A stretch of DNA of 64,000 nt from Bacillota bacterium (GCA_021793315.1 JAJYSZ010000001.1:52423-116422); one strand, 5' to 3'; counted from the stretch's first letter, positions 9,528 through 19,953 are shown. Notes: generated from the letters alone by a model not told the origin. Made by a program: numbers and translations.

Positions 9528-10220
9528 CTAGTCTTGGCGGTTCCGCTTGCCCATGTGCTCGATCAGCAGGTCCGGGCGGTTGCTCGCGATGCCATCCACG
9601 CCGATCTCCTGGCAGAAGGCGAACTCCTCCACGGTGTCCGCCGTCCAGATGGAAAGATGGAGGCCATGGGCGTGCGCTGCCGCCACCTCTTCACGGCTCA
9701 CCGTCTCGAGCGCCGGCAGCAGGATCTGCGCGCCGGCCTTCTCCGCGAGCAGCCACGGCTCGATCGGCGCCCCGGCGTAGAGCACGCCTGCCGTGAGCCC
9801 CTGGACCTGCTCCGTGAGCGCACGGATCAAGGCGTGGCCGAATGAGATCGGCCAGAGCCGCTCGCGCAGTTCGGGACGCCCGCGGTAGAGCGCGATCAGG
9901 CCCGGGACCGCCTCGGGCGTCTTCACCTCCACCACGACGGGCAGAGCGACCGCCTCGAGCACCTCCTCGAGGGTCGGCACCCGCTCACCGTCGCCCGCGT
10001 CAAGCGCCTTGATCTCCCCGAGGGTGCGCTCGCGCACCGGTCCTTTGCCGTTCGTCGTGCGGTCGAGGGTCGCGTCGTGGACCACGACGAGGGCGCCATC
10101 GCGGCTCCGGTGCACGTCGCACTCCACAAGGTCCACGCCAAGTTTCTCCGCGGCCCGAAACGCTCTCAGGGTGTTCTCCGGATGCTGTCCCGAAAATCCG
10201 CGGTGCGCGATAAGCCACAT
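9528..10220 (-). CDS. glycerophosphodiester phosphodiesterase
   Basis: IAHRGFSGQHPENT, DLVECDVHRSRDGALVVVHD, GDPD catalytic motifs. Confidence 0.85.
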   Translation of the reverse strand: MWLIAHRGFSGQHPENTLRAFRAAEKLGVDLVECDVHRSRDGALVVVHDATLDRTTNGKGPVRERTLGEIKALDAGDGERVPTLEEVLEAVALPVVVEVKTPEAVPGLIALYRGRPELRERLWPISFGHALIRALTEQVQGLTAGVLYAGAPIEPWLLAEKAGAQILLPALETVSREEVAAAHAHGLHLSIWTADTVEEFAFCQEIGVDGIASNRPDLLIEHMGKRNRQD

Positions 10221-10295
10221 GAACGTTTGCCACCTCGCCGCTCATTTCGCCTCGCATCGGCGTGTTCCTGGCGGGGCCCGCGGCGCTTTGTGGCC

Positions 10296-10661
10296 ATGCG
10301 GTACAATAAGGCTCGAAAGCTGGCGATCGATGGAGCGCTGCGTCATGACCAAGACCCGCATCGTGGACAAGACCATGCGAGAGCGCGGGCCCTGCTCGGG
10401 CTCCTCGCGCACGGGGTGGGCCGCATGATCCCGCGACTCGACCCGGTGCTGCTGCGCCGGGTGCTGCACGAGCTGCCCGACCGGCGCTGGGCCTCGCTGC
10501 TCACGCAGCGCTTCGGGCTCGATGCCGAGCCGGAGCAGCCTTCGGCCCTGCGTCTGCGCTACTACCCCGATCTCGATGAGCTGGCGTTCCGCAGGCGCCT
10601 CAAGGCGGTCGAGGCGGAGGTGCTGAGCCGCATGGCCCAACTCATGAGCAGTCCTGAGTGA
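10296..10661 (+). CDS. hypothetical protein (weak call)
   Basis: ORF MRYNKARKLAIDG...MIPRLDPVLLRRVLHELPDRRWASLLTQRFGLDAEPEQ... No family recognised. Overlapping frames also carry short ORFs, so a frameshifted gene is possible. Confidence 0.2.
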   Translation: MRYNKARKLAIDGALRHDQDPHRGQDHARARALLGLLAHGVGRMIPRLDPVLLRRVLHELPDRRWASLLTQRFGLDAEPEQPSALRLRYYPDLDELAFRRRLKAVEAEVLSRMAQLMSSPE

Positions 10662-10813
10662 ACGAGGGCCGCACCCGCTTGGGATGCGGCCCTTCGCATG
10701 CCAGAAGCGCTTCCTGGAAGGAATCGGTCGAGGTCGGACCGAAGCTGCCGGACGATGGCTCGCGCGGCGCCCGGTTTCTATGGAACTGCAGGCGGCCGAC
10801 GCGCAAGGATGCG

Positions 10814-11827
10814 ATGCCGTTGCGCCCTGCGATCGGTGCCGTCGTCGCCCTGCTGGGGGTCGTGCTTGCCGGCTGCGGCCAGTCCGCGGCACCACTGCTC
10901 CCTCCGCAGAGGCCCCTGGTGCGCCACGTCAAGGCGGACGCCGGCAAGACGCCGGACTACGTCCAGCCTAACCCGTCGGGACAGCCGGTCTCGGGCTCCG
11001 CAGGCAGGGCGTGCCTCAAGGCGCTGGGCGCCAAAGGCATCGCCACAAGCCGCCTGACGGAGAACAGCTTCGCTGTTCCCCCACAGCCCATCACGCTGTC
11101 GTCCTCCTTGACGAGCGGCCCCTTCGTTCAGGGCGAGGGAGTTGCGTCCGGCATCGAGACGGCGACCTGGAACCTCCTCTCGCGGGCGTCCGGCCTGCCG
11201 CTCACGCCGTATCTCGGCAAGACGCTCCTCGAGGTGCAGCTCACGAATCCCGGCAGCACCCGCATCGGCGGCTACACCTGCTTCGAGCAGGGCACGGCCG
11301 TCGTCGGGATGTTTGCAGAGCAGCCCTATTACAGTCTTCAGCCCATGGGCGCCGTCGCGATCGACGGCAGGACAGTGCGCGAGCTCACGGGCCTCGACTA
11401 TCTGCACTGGCTTGAGAAGGTCAAGGCCTACCTGCCGCATCCCGTCCCGGACACGCCCAATCTGAGCGCCGCCGCCGCCCTGCTGGACTCCTTCGACGTG
11501 CTGAACGCCAATCTGCCGGTGGCCGAGCGCAAAGGACTCGAGGCGAGCCTCGCCCCCGGCGGCCCCAACTCAGGACCGCTCGGTGCCCAGTACCAGGTGA
11601 TGCAGGCCTACGTGCCGATCGCGATCAGCCCATGGCGGCCGCCGGCCGGCTTCCCCGCCCAGAACGCCACGCTGCAGCGCGAGTACAGTGTCGAGCTCTG
11701 GCCGCACTTCCGCCACTTCGCCCCGAAGTATCTGGCGGGCGACGGCTGGGTCGGGTTCTTCTACAGCCTCGCGCGCAAGACGATCCAGGACCCCTGGCGG
11801 GTGGTGAGCTCGGGCACTGGGCCTTGA
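10814..11827 (+). CDS. lipoprotein, function unknown
   Basis: ATG at 10814 gives MPLRPAIGAVVALLGVVLAGCGQS (SPase II lipobox). 338 aa mature domain with no recognised family. Confidence 0.6.
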   Translation: MPLRPAIGAVVALLGVVLAGCGQSAAPLLPPQRPLVRHVKADAGKTPDYVQPNPSGQPVSGSAGRACLKALGAKGIATSRLTENSFAVPPQPITLSSSLTSGPFVQGEGVASGIETATWNLLSRASGLPLTPYLGKTLLEVQLTNPGSTRIGGYTCFEQGTAVVGMFAEQPYYSLQPMGAVAIDGRTVRELTGLDYLHWLEKVKAYLPHPVPDTPNLSAAAALLDSFDVLNANLPVAERKGLEASLAPGGPNSGPLGAQYQVMQAYVPIAISPWRPPAGFPAQNATLQREYSVELWPHFRHFAPKYLAGDGWVGFFYSLARKTIQDPWRVVSSGTGP

Positions 11828-11847
11828 TCTTCCCTGCACGCCGGACG

Positions 11848-14358
11848 TCAGGCCGCCGGGTGGAACCGCCGCATCGGGTCGATGCGGCGCAGGAGCGTCG
11901 AGTTCGTGGTGACCGACACGGAGCTCAGGGCCATGGCGGCGCCCGCGATCACCGGGCTCAGCAAGCCGAGGGCCGCGAGCGGCACGCCGATCGAGTTGTA
12001 GACGAGCGCCCAGAAGAGGTTCTGGCGGATCTTGCCGAGCGTCGCCCGGCTGAGGTCGATCGCGGCGACGACGCCCCGCAGGTCGCCCGACATCAGGGTG
12101 ACGTCGGCCGCCTCGATCGCGACATCGGTGCCGGTGCCGATCGCCATGCCGACGTCGGCGGTGGCCAGGGCCGGCGCATCGTTGATGCCATCGCCCACCA
12201 TGGCGGTGACGAGCTTCTGCTCCTGCAGCCGCCGCACCTCGTCGGCCTTGCGGGCCGGCAGCACCTCGGCGCGCACGTCCTCGGGCGCGATGCCCACCTG
12301 CCGCGCGATGGCCTCCGCCGTGCGGCGGTTGTCGCCGGTGATCATGAGCACGCGGATCCTCATCTCGTGCAGGGCCGCGATCGCCTCCAGGCTGCCTTCC
12401 TTCACCGTATCGGCGACCGCGATCGCCGCAAGCAGGCGCTCCTCGTCCGCGAGCAGCATCGCCGTCTTGCCGTCCCCCTCGAGCTTCTCGATGCCTTCGT
12501 CGGCTCCGGAGAGGTCGACACCCTTCTGCGTCATCAGGGTGCGGTTCCCGAGCAGATAGACGCGCCCCGCCACCTTCGCCTGGACGCCGCGCCCGGGCAG
12601 GGCCTTGAACTCTTCCACTGCGCCCGGCGCAATGCCCTTGGACAGCGCGTGGTCGACGATGGCCGTCGCCAGGGGATGCTCCGAGCGGCTCTCGAGCGCC
12701 AGCGCCAGGGCCAGGATCTCAGCCTGCGCCATGTCGGCGAGCGGGACGACATCGGTCACCGCGGGCCTGCCGGTCGTGATCGTGCCCGTCTTGTCGAGCA
12801 CGACGGCCTGCAAGGTGCCGGTGCGCTCGAGGTGACCGGCGGCCTTGAAGAGGATGCCCGCCTCCGCCCCGCGCCCTGAGCCCACCATGACGGCGGTCGG
12901 CGTCGCGAGTCCGAGCGCGCAAGGACAGGCGATCACCAGCACCGAGACGCCGGCCAGGATGGCGGCCGTCAGGTTGTGCGAGAGCAGAAGCCAGAGCAGG
13001 AACGTCACGATGGCGATGCTGATCACCGTCGGCACGAAGTAGTTCGAGATGACGTCCGCCAGGCGCTGGATCGGCGCCTTCGAGCCCTGCGCCTCCTCCA
13101 CGATGCGCACGATCTGCTGCAGGGCCGTGTCGCGCCCCACCTTGGTCGTACGGAAGCGGAAGCTGCCCGTCTTGTTGATCGTGCCGCCAACCACCTCGGA
13201 GCCCTCGCGCTTCTCCTGCGGCAGCGACTCGCCGGTCAGCATCGACTCGTCCACGGCCGAGTAGCCGTCCACGACGACCCCGTCGACCGGGATGCGCTCG
13301 CCCGGGCGGACGACGACCGTGTCGCCGACAGCCACCTCGTCGATCGGCACGTCGACCTCGTCGGCCCCGCGCGCGATCCGCGCCGTGCGCGGCTGGAGAC
13401 CCAGCAGGCTGCGGATCGCCTGGGACGTCCGGCCCTTGGCGATCGCCTCGAGCATCTTGCCGGTGATGACAAGCGTGATCAGCACGGCGCTCGTCTCGAA
13501 ATAGGTGCCATGGGCCGGCCGCCCGCCCGTGAAGACGGCCGACAGGCTGAAAAGGTAGGCCGCGGACGTGCCGAGCGCCACCAGCACCGACATGTTGGCG
13601 TTGCGGTGCTTGAGGTTGTAGTAGGCGTCGACGTAGAAGGTCATGCCCGGCCAGAACTGGACGACGCTGCCGAGCGCGAGCTGCAGCCAATAATTGCTGA
13701 GGATCCCCGTCACGGAACCTCCGCCGCCCGTCATCTCCAGCACCATCGCGACCAGCAGCGGCAATGACAGGAGGCCGGAGGCCCACAGGAGCCTGCGCCA
13801 GTGGCGGGTTTCGCGTACCGAGGAGTCCTCCCTGGCCCCCGGTCCCTCGTCCGCGACCGCCGCACCATAGCCCACCTGGCGGATCGCGCGCACCATCTCG
13901 GCCGGCATCACGCTGCTCTCGCTGTAGTCGACGAAGGCCGCGTTGGTCGCGAGGTTCACCTGGGCCGAGGCGATGCCGGGCAGGCGGGAAAGGGTGTCCT
14001 CGATCGTCTTGACGCACGTGGCGCAGGTCATGCCCTCGATGTCGAGCTTGACCCGCTGCGTGTGCACGCCGTAGCCGCGGTCCTTCACCTCGGCGATCAT
14101 TTGGGGCAGGTCCACCTCGTCCTGCCTGAAGCGCACGATGGCTTTCGCCGTCGCGAGATTCACGCTGACGTCGAGCACCCCGGGCAGCTCCGTGAGTCCC
14201 TCCGTCACCGTCGCGACGCACATGGCGCAGGTCATGCCCTCGATGTCGAGCACGGCACGGCTCGTACCGGCCTGCTCGCCCGTCTCGGCAGGACGGCTCA
14301 TCTCCGCTTCCGCCACCAGATCCACCCGCTCCCTGTCGATGGTCGGGGGCCGCCTCAC
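11848..14358 (-). CDS. copA: copper-translocating P1B-type ATPase CopA with two N-terminal HMA domains
   Basis: GMTCAMC and GMTCATC metal-binding motifs, CPC ([13 protein letters not shown]), [21 protein letters not shown]. Probable GTG start at 14358 (GGGGGT RBS); alternative ATG at 14301. Confidence 0.9.
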   Translation of the reverse strand: MRRPPTIDRERVDLVAEAEMSRPAETGEQAGTSRAVLDIEGMTCAMCVATVTEGLTELPGVLDVSVNLATAKAIVRFRQDEVDLPQMIAEVKDRGYGVHTQRVKLDIEGMTCATCVKTIEDTLSRLPGIASAQVNLATNAAFVDYSESSVMPAEMVRAIRQVGYGAAVADEGPGAREDSSVRETRHWRRLLWASGLLSLPLLVAMVLEMTGGGGSVTGILSNYWLQLALGSVVQFWPGMTFYVDAYYNLKHRNANMSVLVALGTSAAYLFSLSAVFTGGRPAHGTYFETSAVLITLVITGKMLEAIAKGRTSQAIRSLLGLQPRTARIARGADEVDVPIDEVAVGDTVVVRPGERIPVDGVVVDGYSAVDESMLTGESLPQEKREGSEVVGGTINKTGSFRFRTTKVGRDTALQQIVRIVEEAQGSKAPIQRLADVISNYFVPTVISIAIVTFLLWLLLSHNLTAAILAGVSVLVIACPCALGLATPTAVMVGSGRGAEAGILFKAAGHLERTGTLQAVVLDKTGTITTGRPAVTDVVPLADMAQAEILALALALESRSEHPLATAIVDHALSKGIAPGAVEEFKALPGRGVQAKVAGRVYLLGNRTLMTQKGVDLSGADEGIEKLEGDGKTAMLLADEERLLAAIAVADTVKEGSLEAIAALHEMRIRVLMITGDNRRTAEAIARQVGIAPEDVRAEVLPARKADEVRRLQEQKLVTAMVGDGINDAPALATADVGMAIGTGTDVAIEAADVTLMSGDLRGVVAAIDLSRATLGKIRQNLFWALVYNSIGVPLAALGLLSPVIAGAAMALSSVSVTTNSTLLRRIDPMRRFHPAA

Positions 14359-14377
14359 GGCAACCCCCGAAAGACGT

Positions 14378-14557
14378 CTAGTGGCTGTGCATGTGCATGC
14401 TGGGGTCGCCGCCGCCGCTGAGGAACTTCTCGGGGTCCTTGTCGAAGGCGTGCTTGCAGCCTGGTGCGCAGAAGTAGTAGGTCGTTCCTTCGTGCTCGCT
14501 CGTCCACTTGGCTGTCGCCTCGTCGACCTCCATCTTGCAAACGGGATCGATCGCCAT
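14378..14557 (-). CDS. YHS-domain (TRASH-like) small metal-binding protein
   Basis: 59-aa ORF absent from the track: [62 protein letters not shown] cysteines and a His-rich tail. GGGAGG RBS. Stop lies 20 nt before the copA start. Confidence 0.7.
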   Translation of the reverse strand: MAIDPVCKMEVDEATAKWTSEHEGTTYYFCAPGCKHAFDKDPEKFLSGGGDPSMHMHSH

Positions 14558-14601
14558 TTAGCTTGCCTCCCTCAACGGTTGCGTCCGGCGGGTAAGCTCA
14601 C

Positions 14602-14618
14602 ATACCCCCGTATGGTAT
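14602..14618 (-). promoter_or_regulatory. candidate CsoR-type copper-responsive operator upstream of YHS-copA
   Basis: Minus-strand sequence ATACCATACGGGGGTAT is a GC-rich pseudo-palindrome (ATACC...GGTAT), about 45 nt upstream of the YHS ATG. It resembles, from memory, the Bacillus copZA CsoR operator. Confidence 0.35.
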
Positions 14619-14747
14619 ATCCCACGGCCCCATGATAGTACCCGGCCATAGTCTTGGCAAGTTCCCGCGCTGCAGCCAAACGGCCAAGACGGATGGACAG
14701 CAACAGCGCCGCCCCCGCCAAGGCGGGAGCGGCGCCCGAGGCACTCG

Positions 14748-16046
14748 TCAGTCTGCCGACGCAGCCGCCCTGAAGGCCGCCGGCAGGGCCCCGCGGATGA
14801 TCTCGAGTTCGGTGTCGCCCAGGGCGAGCGACGGAAAGATGGCCTCATTGGCCGCCGGCGGCAGCAGCACGCCGGACTCGGCCATCGACTGCCAGAAGGC
14901 GCGGTAGCGGGCGATCTGGTTGCGCTCCGTATCGGCCTGGTCTCGGACGGGCCCTTCGCAGAAGAAGGCGGAGAGCAGTCCTGGCGCCCCTTGCACGGTG
15001 CAGGCGACGCCTGCGGCAGCCGCGGCCTCCCGCATCTCCCGCTCGAGCGTCAGGCCGAGTTCGCGCAGCCTTCGGTACGCCTCGGGATCGCGTGCAAGCT
15101 CGCTCAGCTGCGCCAGGCCCGCCGCCATGGCGATCGGGCTGCCGGAGAGCGTGCCGGCCTGATAGACGTCGCCCTGCGGCGCGATGCGCTCCATGATCTC
15201 GCGCCGGCCGCCGTACGCCCCGACCGGCAGGCCCCCGCCGATCACCTTGCCAAGGCACGTCAGGTCCGGATCGAGGCCGAACATCCCCTGGGCGCCGGAG
15301 AAGCCGACGCGAAAGCCCGTGATCACCTCGTCGAAGATGAGCAGCGCCCCGTGCTCGCGCGTCACGCGCCGCAGACCCACAAGGTAGCCCTCGACCGGAG
15401 GCACGACGCCCATATTCGCCGCAATCGGCTCGACGATCACCGCGGCGATCCTGTCGCCCCGCTCCCGGAATGCCTGCTCGATCGCTCCGAGGTCATTGTA
15501 GGGCAGCACGATCGTGTCCTCGGCCACTTTCCCCGGCACGCCGGGCGAGACCGGCAGGGCCGAGAGGGCCGCCCCCGAGCCCGCGCGGGCAAGCAGGGCG
15601 TCCACGTGGCCGTGGTAGCAGCCGGCGAACTTGATGATCAGGTCACGCCCCGTGAAGGCGCGCGCAAGCCGGATGGCGCTCATCGTGGCCTCGGTGCCCG
15701 ACGATACGAATCGCAGCTCGTCGACGGCCGGCAGGGCCGACGTGAGGAGCTCCGCGAGTTCCACCTCGAGGCGGCTCGCGATGCCGAACGTGAGAGCCCG
15801 CTCGGCCTGCTCCTTGATCGCCCCGACGACGGCGGGGTGGCCGTGGCCGAGAATCAGGGGACCCCACGAGCAGAGCAGATCGACGTAGCGGTTGCCGTCG
15901 GCGTCGTAGACGTAGGCTCCCTCGCCGCGCTCCGCGAAGAGCGGATAGGGGCGCACCTGGCGCATCGAGCGCACAGGGCTGTTCACGCCGCCCGGCGTCA
16001 CCTGGCGGGCCCGTTCGTAGAGCAGGCGCGAGTTGTCGGTCGTCAT
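14748..16046 (-). CDS. hemL: glutamate-1-semialdehyde 2,1-aminomutase
   Basis: Class III aminotransferase. MTTDNSRLLYERARQVTPGGVNSPVR..., LLIFDEVITGFRVGFSGAQ. Start at internal ATG 16046, overlapping the pepP stop by 4 nt. Confidence 0.9.
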   Translation of the reverse strand: MTTDNSRLLYERARQVTPGGVNSPVRSMRQVRPYPLFAERGEGAYVYDADGNRYVDLLCSWGPLILGHGHPAVVGAIKEQAERALTFGIASRLEVELAELLTSALPAVDELRFVSSGTEATMSAIRLARAFTGRDLIIKFAGCYHGHVDALLARAGSGAALSALPVSPGVPGKVAEDTIVLPYNDLGAIEQAFRERGDRIAAVIVEPIAANMGVVPPVEGYLVGLRRVTREHGALLIFDEVITGFRVGFSGAQGMFGLDPDLTCLGKVIGGGLPVGAYGGRREIMERIAPQGDVYQAGTLSGSPIAMAAGLAQLSELARDPEAYRRLRELGLTLEREMREAAAAAGVACTVQGAPGLLSAFFCEGPVRDQADTERNQIARYRAFWQSMAESGVLLPPAANEAIFPSLALGDTELEIIRGALPAAFRAAASAD

Positions 16047-17134
16047 GGCTCCACCACCTGCAACTCGCGCGGGTAGCCCGTCAGCACCTCGCCGCCGTCC
16101 TCGGTCACGAGCACGTCGTCCTCGATGCGGACGCCGCCCTGGCCGGGCAGGTAGATGCCGGGCTCGATCGTGAGGCACATGCCCGGCTTGAGGGGATCGG
16201 TGCGCCCGGGCAGCAGGAACGGCTCCTCGTGCGCCTCAAGCCCGAGACCGTGCCCGACGCGGTGCGGGAAGCGCTCGCCGTAGCCCATGTCCGCGATGTG
16301 CGCCCGGGCCGCGAGGTCGAGGGCTCCCATCTCGGCACCCGGCCGCACCGCGGCCCGGCCGCGCCTCGCCGCCTCCGCCACCACGCCGTAGATGCGCCGG
16401 AGCTCCGCCTGCGGCTCACCGAAAAAGAACGTGCGGGTCGTGTCGGACACGTAGCCTTGGTAGCGCAGGCCGATGTCGACCAGCACGATCTCGCCCCGAC
16501 GCAGCACACGGTCCGTCGGGCCGCCATGGGGCAGGGCGCTGCGCTCGCCGAACAGCACGATGCTGTCGAAGCCGGGCTCGCCGCCCAGTTCGTCCCGCAT
16601 GTAGCCCTCGATCGCGGCGGCCATCTGGCGCTCGCTGACGCCTTCGCGGATCAGGCTCTTCGCGTAGGCGGTCGCCTTGTCGAGCCGCCGCGCGGACTCG
16701 CGCAGAGCCGCGGCCTCGTCCTGATCTTTGCAAACGCGCAGGTCCGAGAGCATCTCCGACACATCCGCGAGCTGCTCGACGCCGAGGCCGGCGGCGTGCG
16801 CCACGTCCAGCGCCCAGGCGAGCGTCATGTGGCTGCGCTCGACGCCGAGCCGGCCACCGTTTCCGATGCGCCCTGCCAGGACATCGCGGGGTCGCACTCC
16901 ATCCTCCACCGAGACGAACGGCAGGCCGATGCCGCCGAGGCGGCCGCTCTCGAGCGCCGGTCCGAACACGACGGCCTCGCCCGCCTGGGGCACGTAAAGC
17001 GCGAAGAAGCGCTCATGCGGGAAGATGAAGGCCGACGTGAGGTAGCCGATCTGCGTGGGGCCCGTGACGAGCGCCGCGTCGAGCCCTGCCTTCGCGAGTT
17101 CCTGCTGCAGTGCCTGGATGCGCAATCCCTTCAC
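16043..17134 (-). CDS. Xaa-Pro aminopeptidase / M24 family metallopeptidase
   Basis: 363 aa, creatinase N-domain plus M24 pita-bread domain (HGLGLEAHEEPFL, GMCLTIEPGIY). Confidence 0.85.
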   Translation of the reverse strand: MKGLRIQALQQELAKAGLDAALVTGPTQIGYLTSAFIFPHERFFALYVPQAGEAVVFGPALESGRLGGIGLPFVSVEDGVRPRDVLAGRIGNGGRLGVERSHMTLAWALDVAHAAGLGVEQLADVSEMLSDLRVCKDQDEAAALRESARRLDKATAYAKSLIREGVSERQMAAAIEGYMRDELGGEPGFDSIVLFGERSALPHGGPTDRVLRRGEIVLVDIGLRYQGYVSDTTRTFFFGEPQAELRRIYGVVAEAARRGRAAVRPGAEMGALDLAARAHIADMGYGERFPHRVGHGLGLEAHEEPFLLPGRTDPLKPGMCLTIEPGIYLPGQGGVRIEDDVLVTEDGGEVLTGYPRELQVVEP

Positions 17135-17158
17135 ACTCCTCTTGCTGCGCTGGCCGTT

Positions 17159-18214
17159 TCAGACGGCGAAGCGGAAGTTGATGACGTCGCCGTCCTGTAC
17201 CACGTACTCCTTGCCTTCAAGCCTGAGATGGCCGAGCTCCCTGGCCTTGGCGAGGCTGCCGGCCGCCGCGAGGTCCGGGTAGGCGCACACCTCCGCGCGG
17301 ATGAAGCCGCGCTCGATATCCGAATGGATCGCGCCCGCAGCGGCCTTGGCCGCGATGCCCCGGCGCACGGTCCAGGCGCGCACCTCGTCGCTGCCCGCCG
17401 TCAGGAACGAGATGCGACCAAGGCCGCGGTAGACGCCCTGGCTGAGGCGCGCGACGCCGCTCTCCTGGAGACCGAGATCCCCGAGAAACGCCGCCTGCTC
17501 CTCCGGCTCGAGCTCCTGGATCTCGCGCTCGAGCTGAAGCGACATCGTGACGAGCGGCACACCGCGCTGGTCCGCGTAGCCGGCGATGCCTGCATGCAGC
17601 GGGTGGTCCGGCTGGATCGTCTCCTCGTCGCCATTGAAGACCAGGATCAAGGGCTTCTGGGTCAGCAGCGTGAAGCCCCGAAGGGCCTGCTCCTCATCGT
17701 CCGAGAGCGCCGTCGCGCCGGCCCGGCGTCCTTCGCCGAGGTCGTTTGCGATCCGCTCGAGGGCCTCGCGCTCGACGTCCGGCTGCGGGCGCTTCTTCTC
17801 GTGGGAGATGCGCTCGAGGCGCCGTTCCACGACGTCGAGGTCGGCCACGGCAAGCTCGAGATCCAGGGCCTCCGCCGCCGCTATGGGGTCTGGCAGGTCG
17901 GGATTCGCGAAGCCCTGCAGCACGTGGACGAGCGCATCCACTTCGCGGATGTCGGCAAGGAAGCGCCGTGCCTCCTGCGCGGCCCCGCCGACGCGCACGC
18001 CCGGGATGTCGACATACTCGACCTTCGCCGGCGTGACCTTCTTCGGATGGAACATCTCCGCCAGCACCGAGAGCCTCTGATCGGGCACGTCCGCGGCTCC
18101 GACGTGGGCTTCGGGCCGGGCCATGGCTCCCGTGGGCAGATCCGACCTGGTGAGCAGATTGTAGAGCGTCGTCTTGCCGCTCAAGGGCAGGCCGACAAGG
18201 GCGGTGCGCAACAA
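17159..18214 (-). CDS. ychF: ribosome-binding ATPase YchF (Obg-family GTPase)
   Basis: G1 GLPLSGKTTLYNLLT. C-terminal TGS domain ...EGKEYVVQDGDVINFRFAV. Confidence 0.9.
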   Translation of the reverse strand: MLRTALVGLPLSGKTTLYNLLTRSDLPTGAMARPEAHVGAADVPDQRLSVLAEMFHPKKVTPAKVEYVDIPGVRVGGAAQEARRFLADIREVDALVHVLQGFANPDLPDPIAAAEALDLELAVADLDVVERRLERISHEKKRPQPDVEREALERIANDLGEGRRAGATALSDDEEQALRGFTLLTQKPLILVFNGDEETIQPDHPLHAGIAGYADQRGVPLVTMSLQLEREIQELEPEEQAAFLGDLGLQESGVARLSQGVYRGLGRISFLTAGSDEVRAWTVRRGIAAKAAAGAIHSDIERGFIRAEVCAYPDLAAAGSLAKARELGHLRLEGKEYVVQDGDVINFRFAV

Positions 18215-18310
18215 ATCCTTCCCTCCACGGACAAAGCTGGGCCGGACGAGAAGGTCTGGCCCACTCGATCATACGTTTCGCGGGGGCGCCCGTCCACGCA
18301 CAGCCAGAGG

Positions 18311-19093
18311 TCAGCCCGGCGTCTTCTCCGCCATCTCACGCAGGATGCGCCTGCCGACAAGGTCGACCAGCCAGGGAGCCGCTCGGGCGAGCCAGATCAG
18401 CACGACGTAGAAGCCCGGCACGACGATGCGGCGGGGACCCTGGCGATACGCTCGCAGCACCGCCCTCGCCACCACCTCCGGCCCTGGCATCGGCAGTCCG
18501 ATGCCCCGCGTCATGTCGGTGCGCACGAAACCCGGCAGGATCGCGGTGACGCGCACGCCGTCCGCCCGCACTTCCCGGCCCAGGCCGTCGGCGAAGCGCA
18601 TCAGCGCCGCCTTGGTCGCCGCATAGAGCGCCGAGCCGGGCAGCGCGACCTCGCCGGCCACCGAAGCTACGATCACGATGCTGCCCCTGTGCTGCCGCCG
18701 CATGGCGGGCAGCACAAGCTGGACAGACCGCAGCACGCCGAGGAAGTTCGTCTCGACAAGCCCCCGGACGTCTTGTTGGCTCATCGAAGCAAAGAGGTCG
18801 CCGCCGCCGATGCCGGCGTTCGCGACCAGGAGGTCCACCCGGCCGAAGCGGTCGAGGGCGTCCTGTACGAATCCCTCGACGGACAGGTGATCGCGTACAT
18901 CCAGGGCGCTCGCCGTGGCGTTGCCGCCGGCCGCCGCGATCTGGCGCACGAGTTCGTCGAGATCGCCAAGCGAGCGCGCCCCGAGCACCAGGGTGAAGCC
19001 AGCCGCTCCGAGGGCCAGCGCAACGGCCCGGCCAATGCCTCGCGACGCCCCTGTGACGAGCGCGACCGGAGCCTCGGGCCGCCTGCCCATCAA
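18311..19093 (-). CDS. SDR family oxidoreductase
   Basis: TGASRGIGRAVA (TGxxxGxG), NAG, YAATKAAL (YxxxK). Confidence 0.85.
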   Translation of the reverse strand: MMGRRPEAPVALVTGASRGIGRAVALALGAAGFTLVLGARSLGDLDELVRQIAAAGGNATASALDVRDHLSVEGFVQDALDRFGRVDLLVANAGIGGGDLFASMSQQDVRGLVETNFLGVLRSVQLVLPAMRRQHRGSIVIVASVAGEVALPGSALYAATKAALMRFADGLGREVRADGVRVTAILPGFVRTDMTRGIGLPMPGPEVVARAVLRAYRQGPRRIVVPGFYVVLIWLARAAPWLVDLVGRRILREMAEKTPG

Positions 19094-19248
19094 GTTTCAG
19101 GACGGCAAGACTTCTGGCGGCACCAAGGTCGCCAGAAGTCTCGCACTGCCCAAGCCACAGTCCCGCAATCCACGGCGATCCGCGTCGCGATCACCCCCGG
19201 ACATCCTGCCGAGGGATACCACGCCTCAGGCGGCCGTTCCTTCCAGGC

Positions 19249-19953
19249 TCAGAAACCCTGCTGGATGGACTGCATCATCTGCTGAAGAAGCTTTGCGTCC
19301 TGCTGCACGCGCGTCCAGTCCTTCTGCGCCGTGGCAGTGTTGAGATCGCTCACGAGGCTCGACATCTGCTGGAAGGTCGGGCCCGAGCCGGACACGTAGT
19401 TGGTCGTCATCCAGGCCAGCGACTTTTGGGCGTTCGAGACCGTCTGGTTTACCTGGCTCACGTTCTTCTGGGAGATCGCGAGCGCCAGGTTCGCCAGATC
19501 CGCGGTGAAGCCGTTGAGGTCCGTGGTGGCGACGCCGGACTTGCCATACGTGTTCTCGAGACTTGCCCAGCTCGATTCCGCCGCCTGAAGCTCGTTCGTC
19601 GCCAGCTGCCAGTCCTGTCCCTGCGCCGCCAGCTCCGTCGCCTGGAGCTCCTGCGTGAGGGCCTGCGCCTGCGGCGGTCCAGCGGAGGCCGGCGCCTGCG
19701 TCGTCGTCGCGGTGACCGCCGGCTGGCCGGAGAGGTATGTCTCGAGCTGAGACAGAAGCACACCGCTCTCACGCGTGTGGTAGAGCAGCCCAAGTGCCAA
19801 CAGGACCACCAGACCACCGATCAGCTGACCGCGCCAGCGTGGATTCGATGAGGACGGAGAAAAGGATCTGGGCGTTCGCGAAGCCCGCGGCGAGGGGTGC
19901 ACCACCCGTTCCTGATGCACGGCCTCTCCCCAGGGAATGCGTCGTGTCCGCAC
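19249..19953 (-). CDS. hypothetical membrane-anchored protein with Q/T/S/A-rich extracytoplasmic domain
   Basis: Basic N-terminus, then one TM (LIGGLVVLLALGLLY), then ~170 aa helical Q/T-rich sequence. The local DNA looks less GC-rich than its surroundings. Confidence 0.5.
   Translation of the reverse strand: MRTRRIPWGEAVHQERVVHPSPRASRTPRSFSPSSSNPRWRGQLIGGLVVLLALGLLYHTRESGVLLSQLETYLSGQPAVTATTTQAPASAGPPQAQALTQELQATELAAQGQDWQLATNELQAAESSWASLENTYGKSGVATTDLNGFTADLANLALAISQKNVSQVNQTVSNAQKSLAWMTTNYVSGSGPTFQQMSSLVSDLNTATAQKDWTRVQQDAKLLQQMMQSIQQGF

Noticed and set aside
10242-10895. 217-aa minus-strand ORF
   Set aside because: It is R/P/A-rich and overlaps the lipoprotein gene start and the 10296-10661 ORF, with no family features.
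14558-14747. Search for a csoR/copY regulator gene next to copA
   Set aside because: No ORF with a credible start or RBS lies in the 190-nt gap. Only the operator-like palindrome is present.
16229-19285. 1018-aa plus-strand ORF
   Set aside because: It is antisense to pepP, ychF and the SDR gene, which all have clear motifs. Its composition is low-complexity R/D/E/A.
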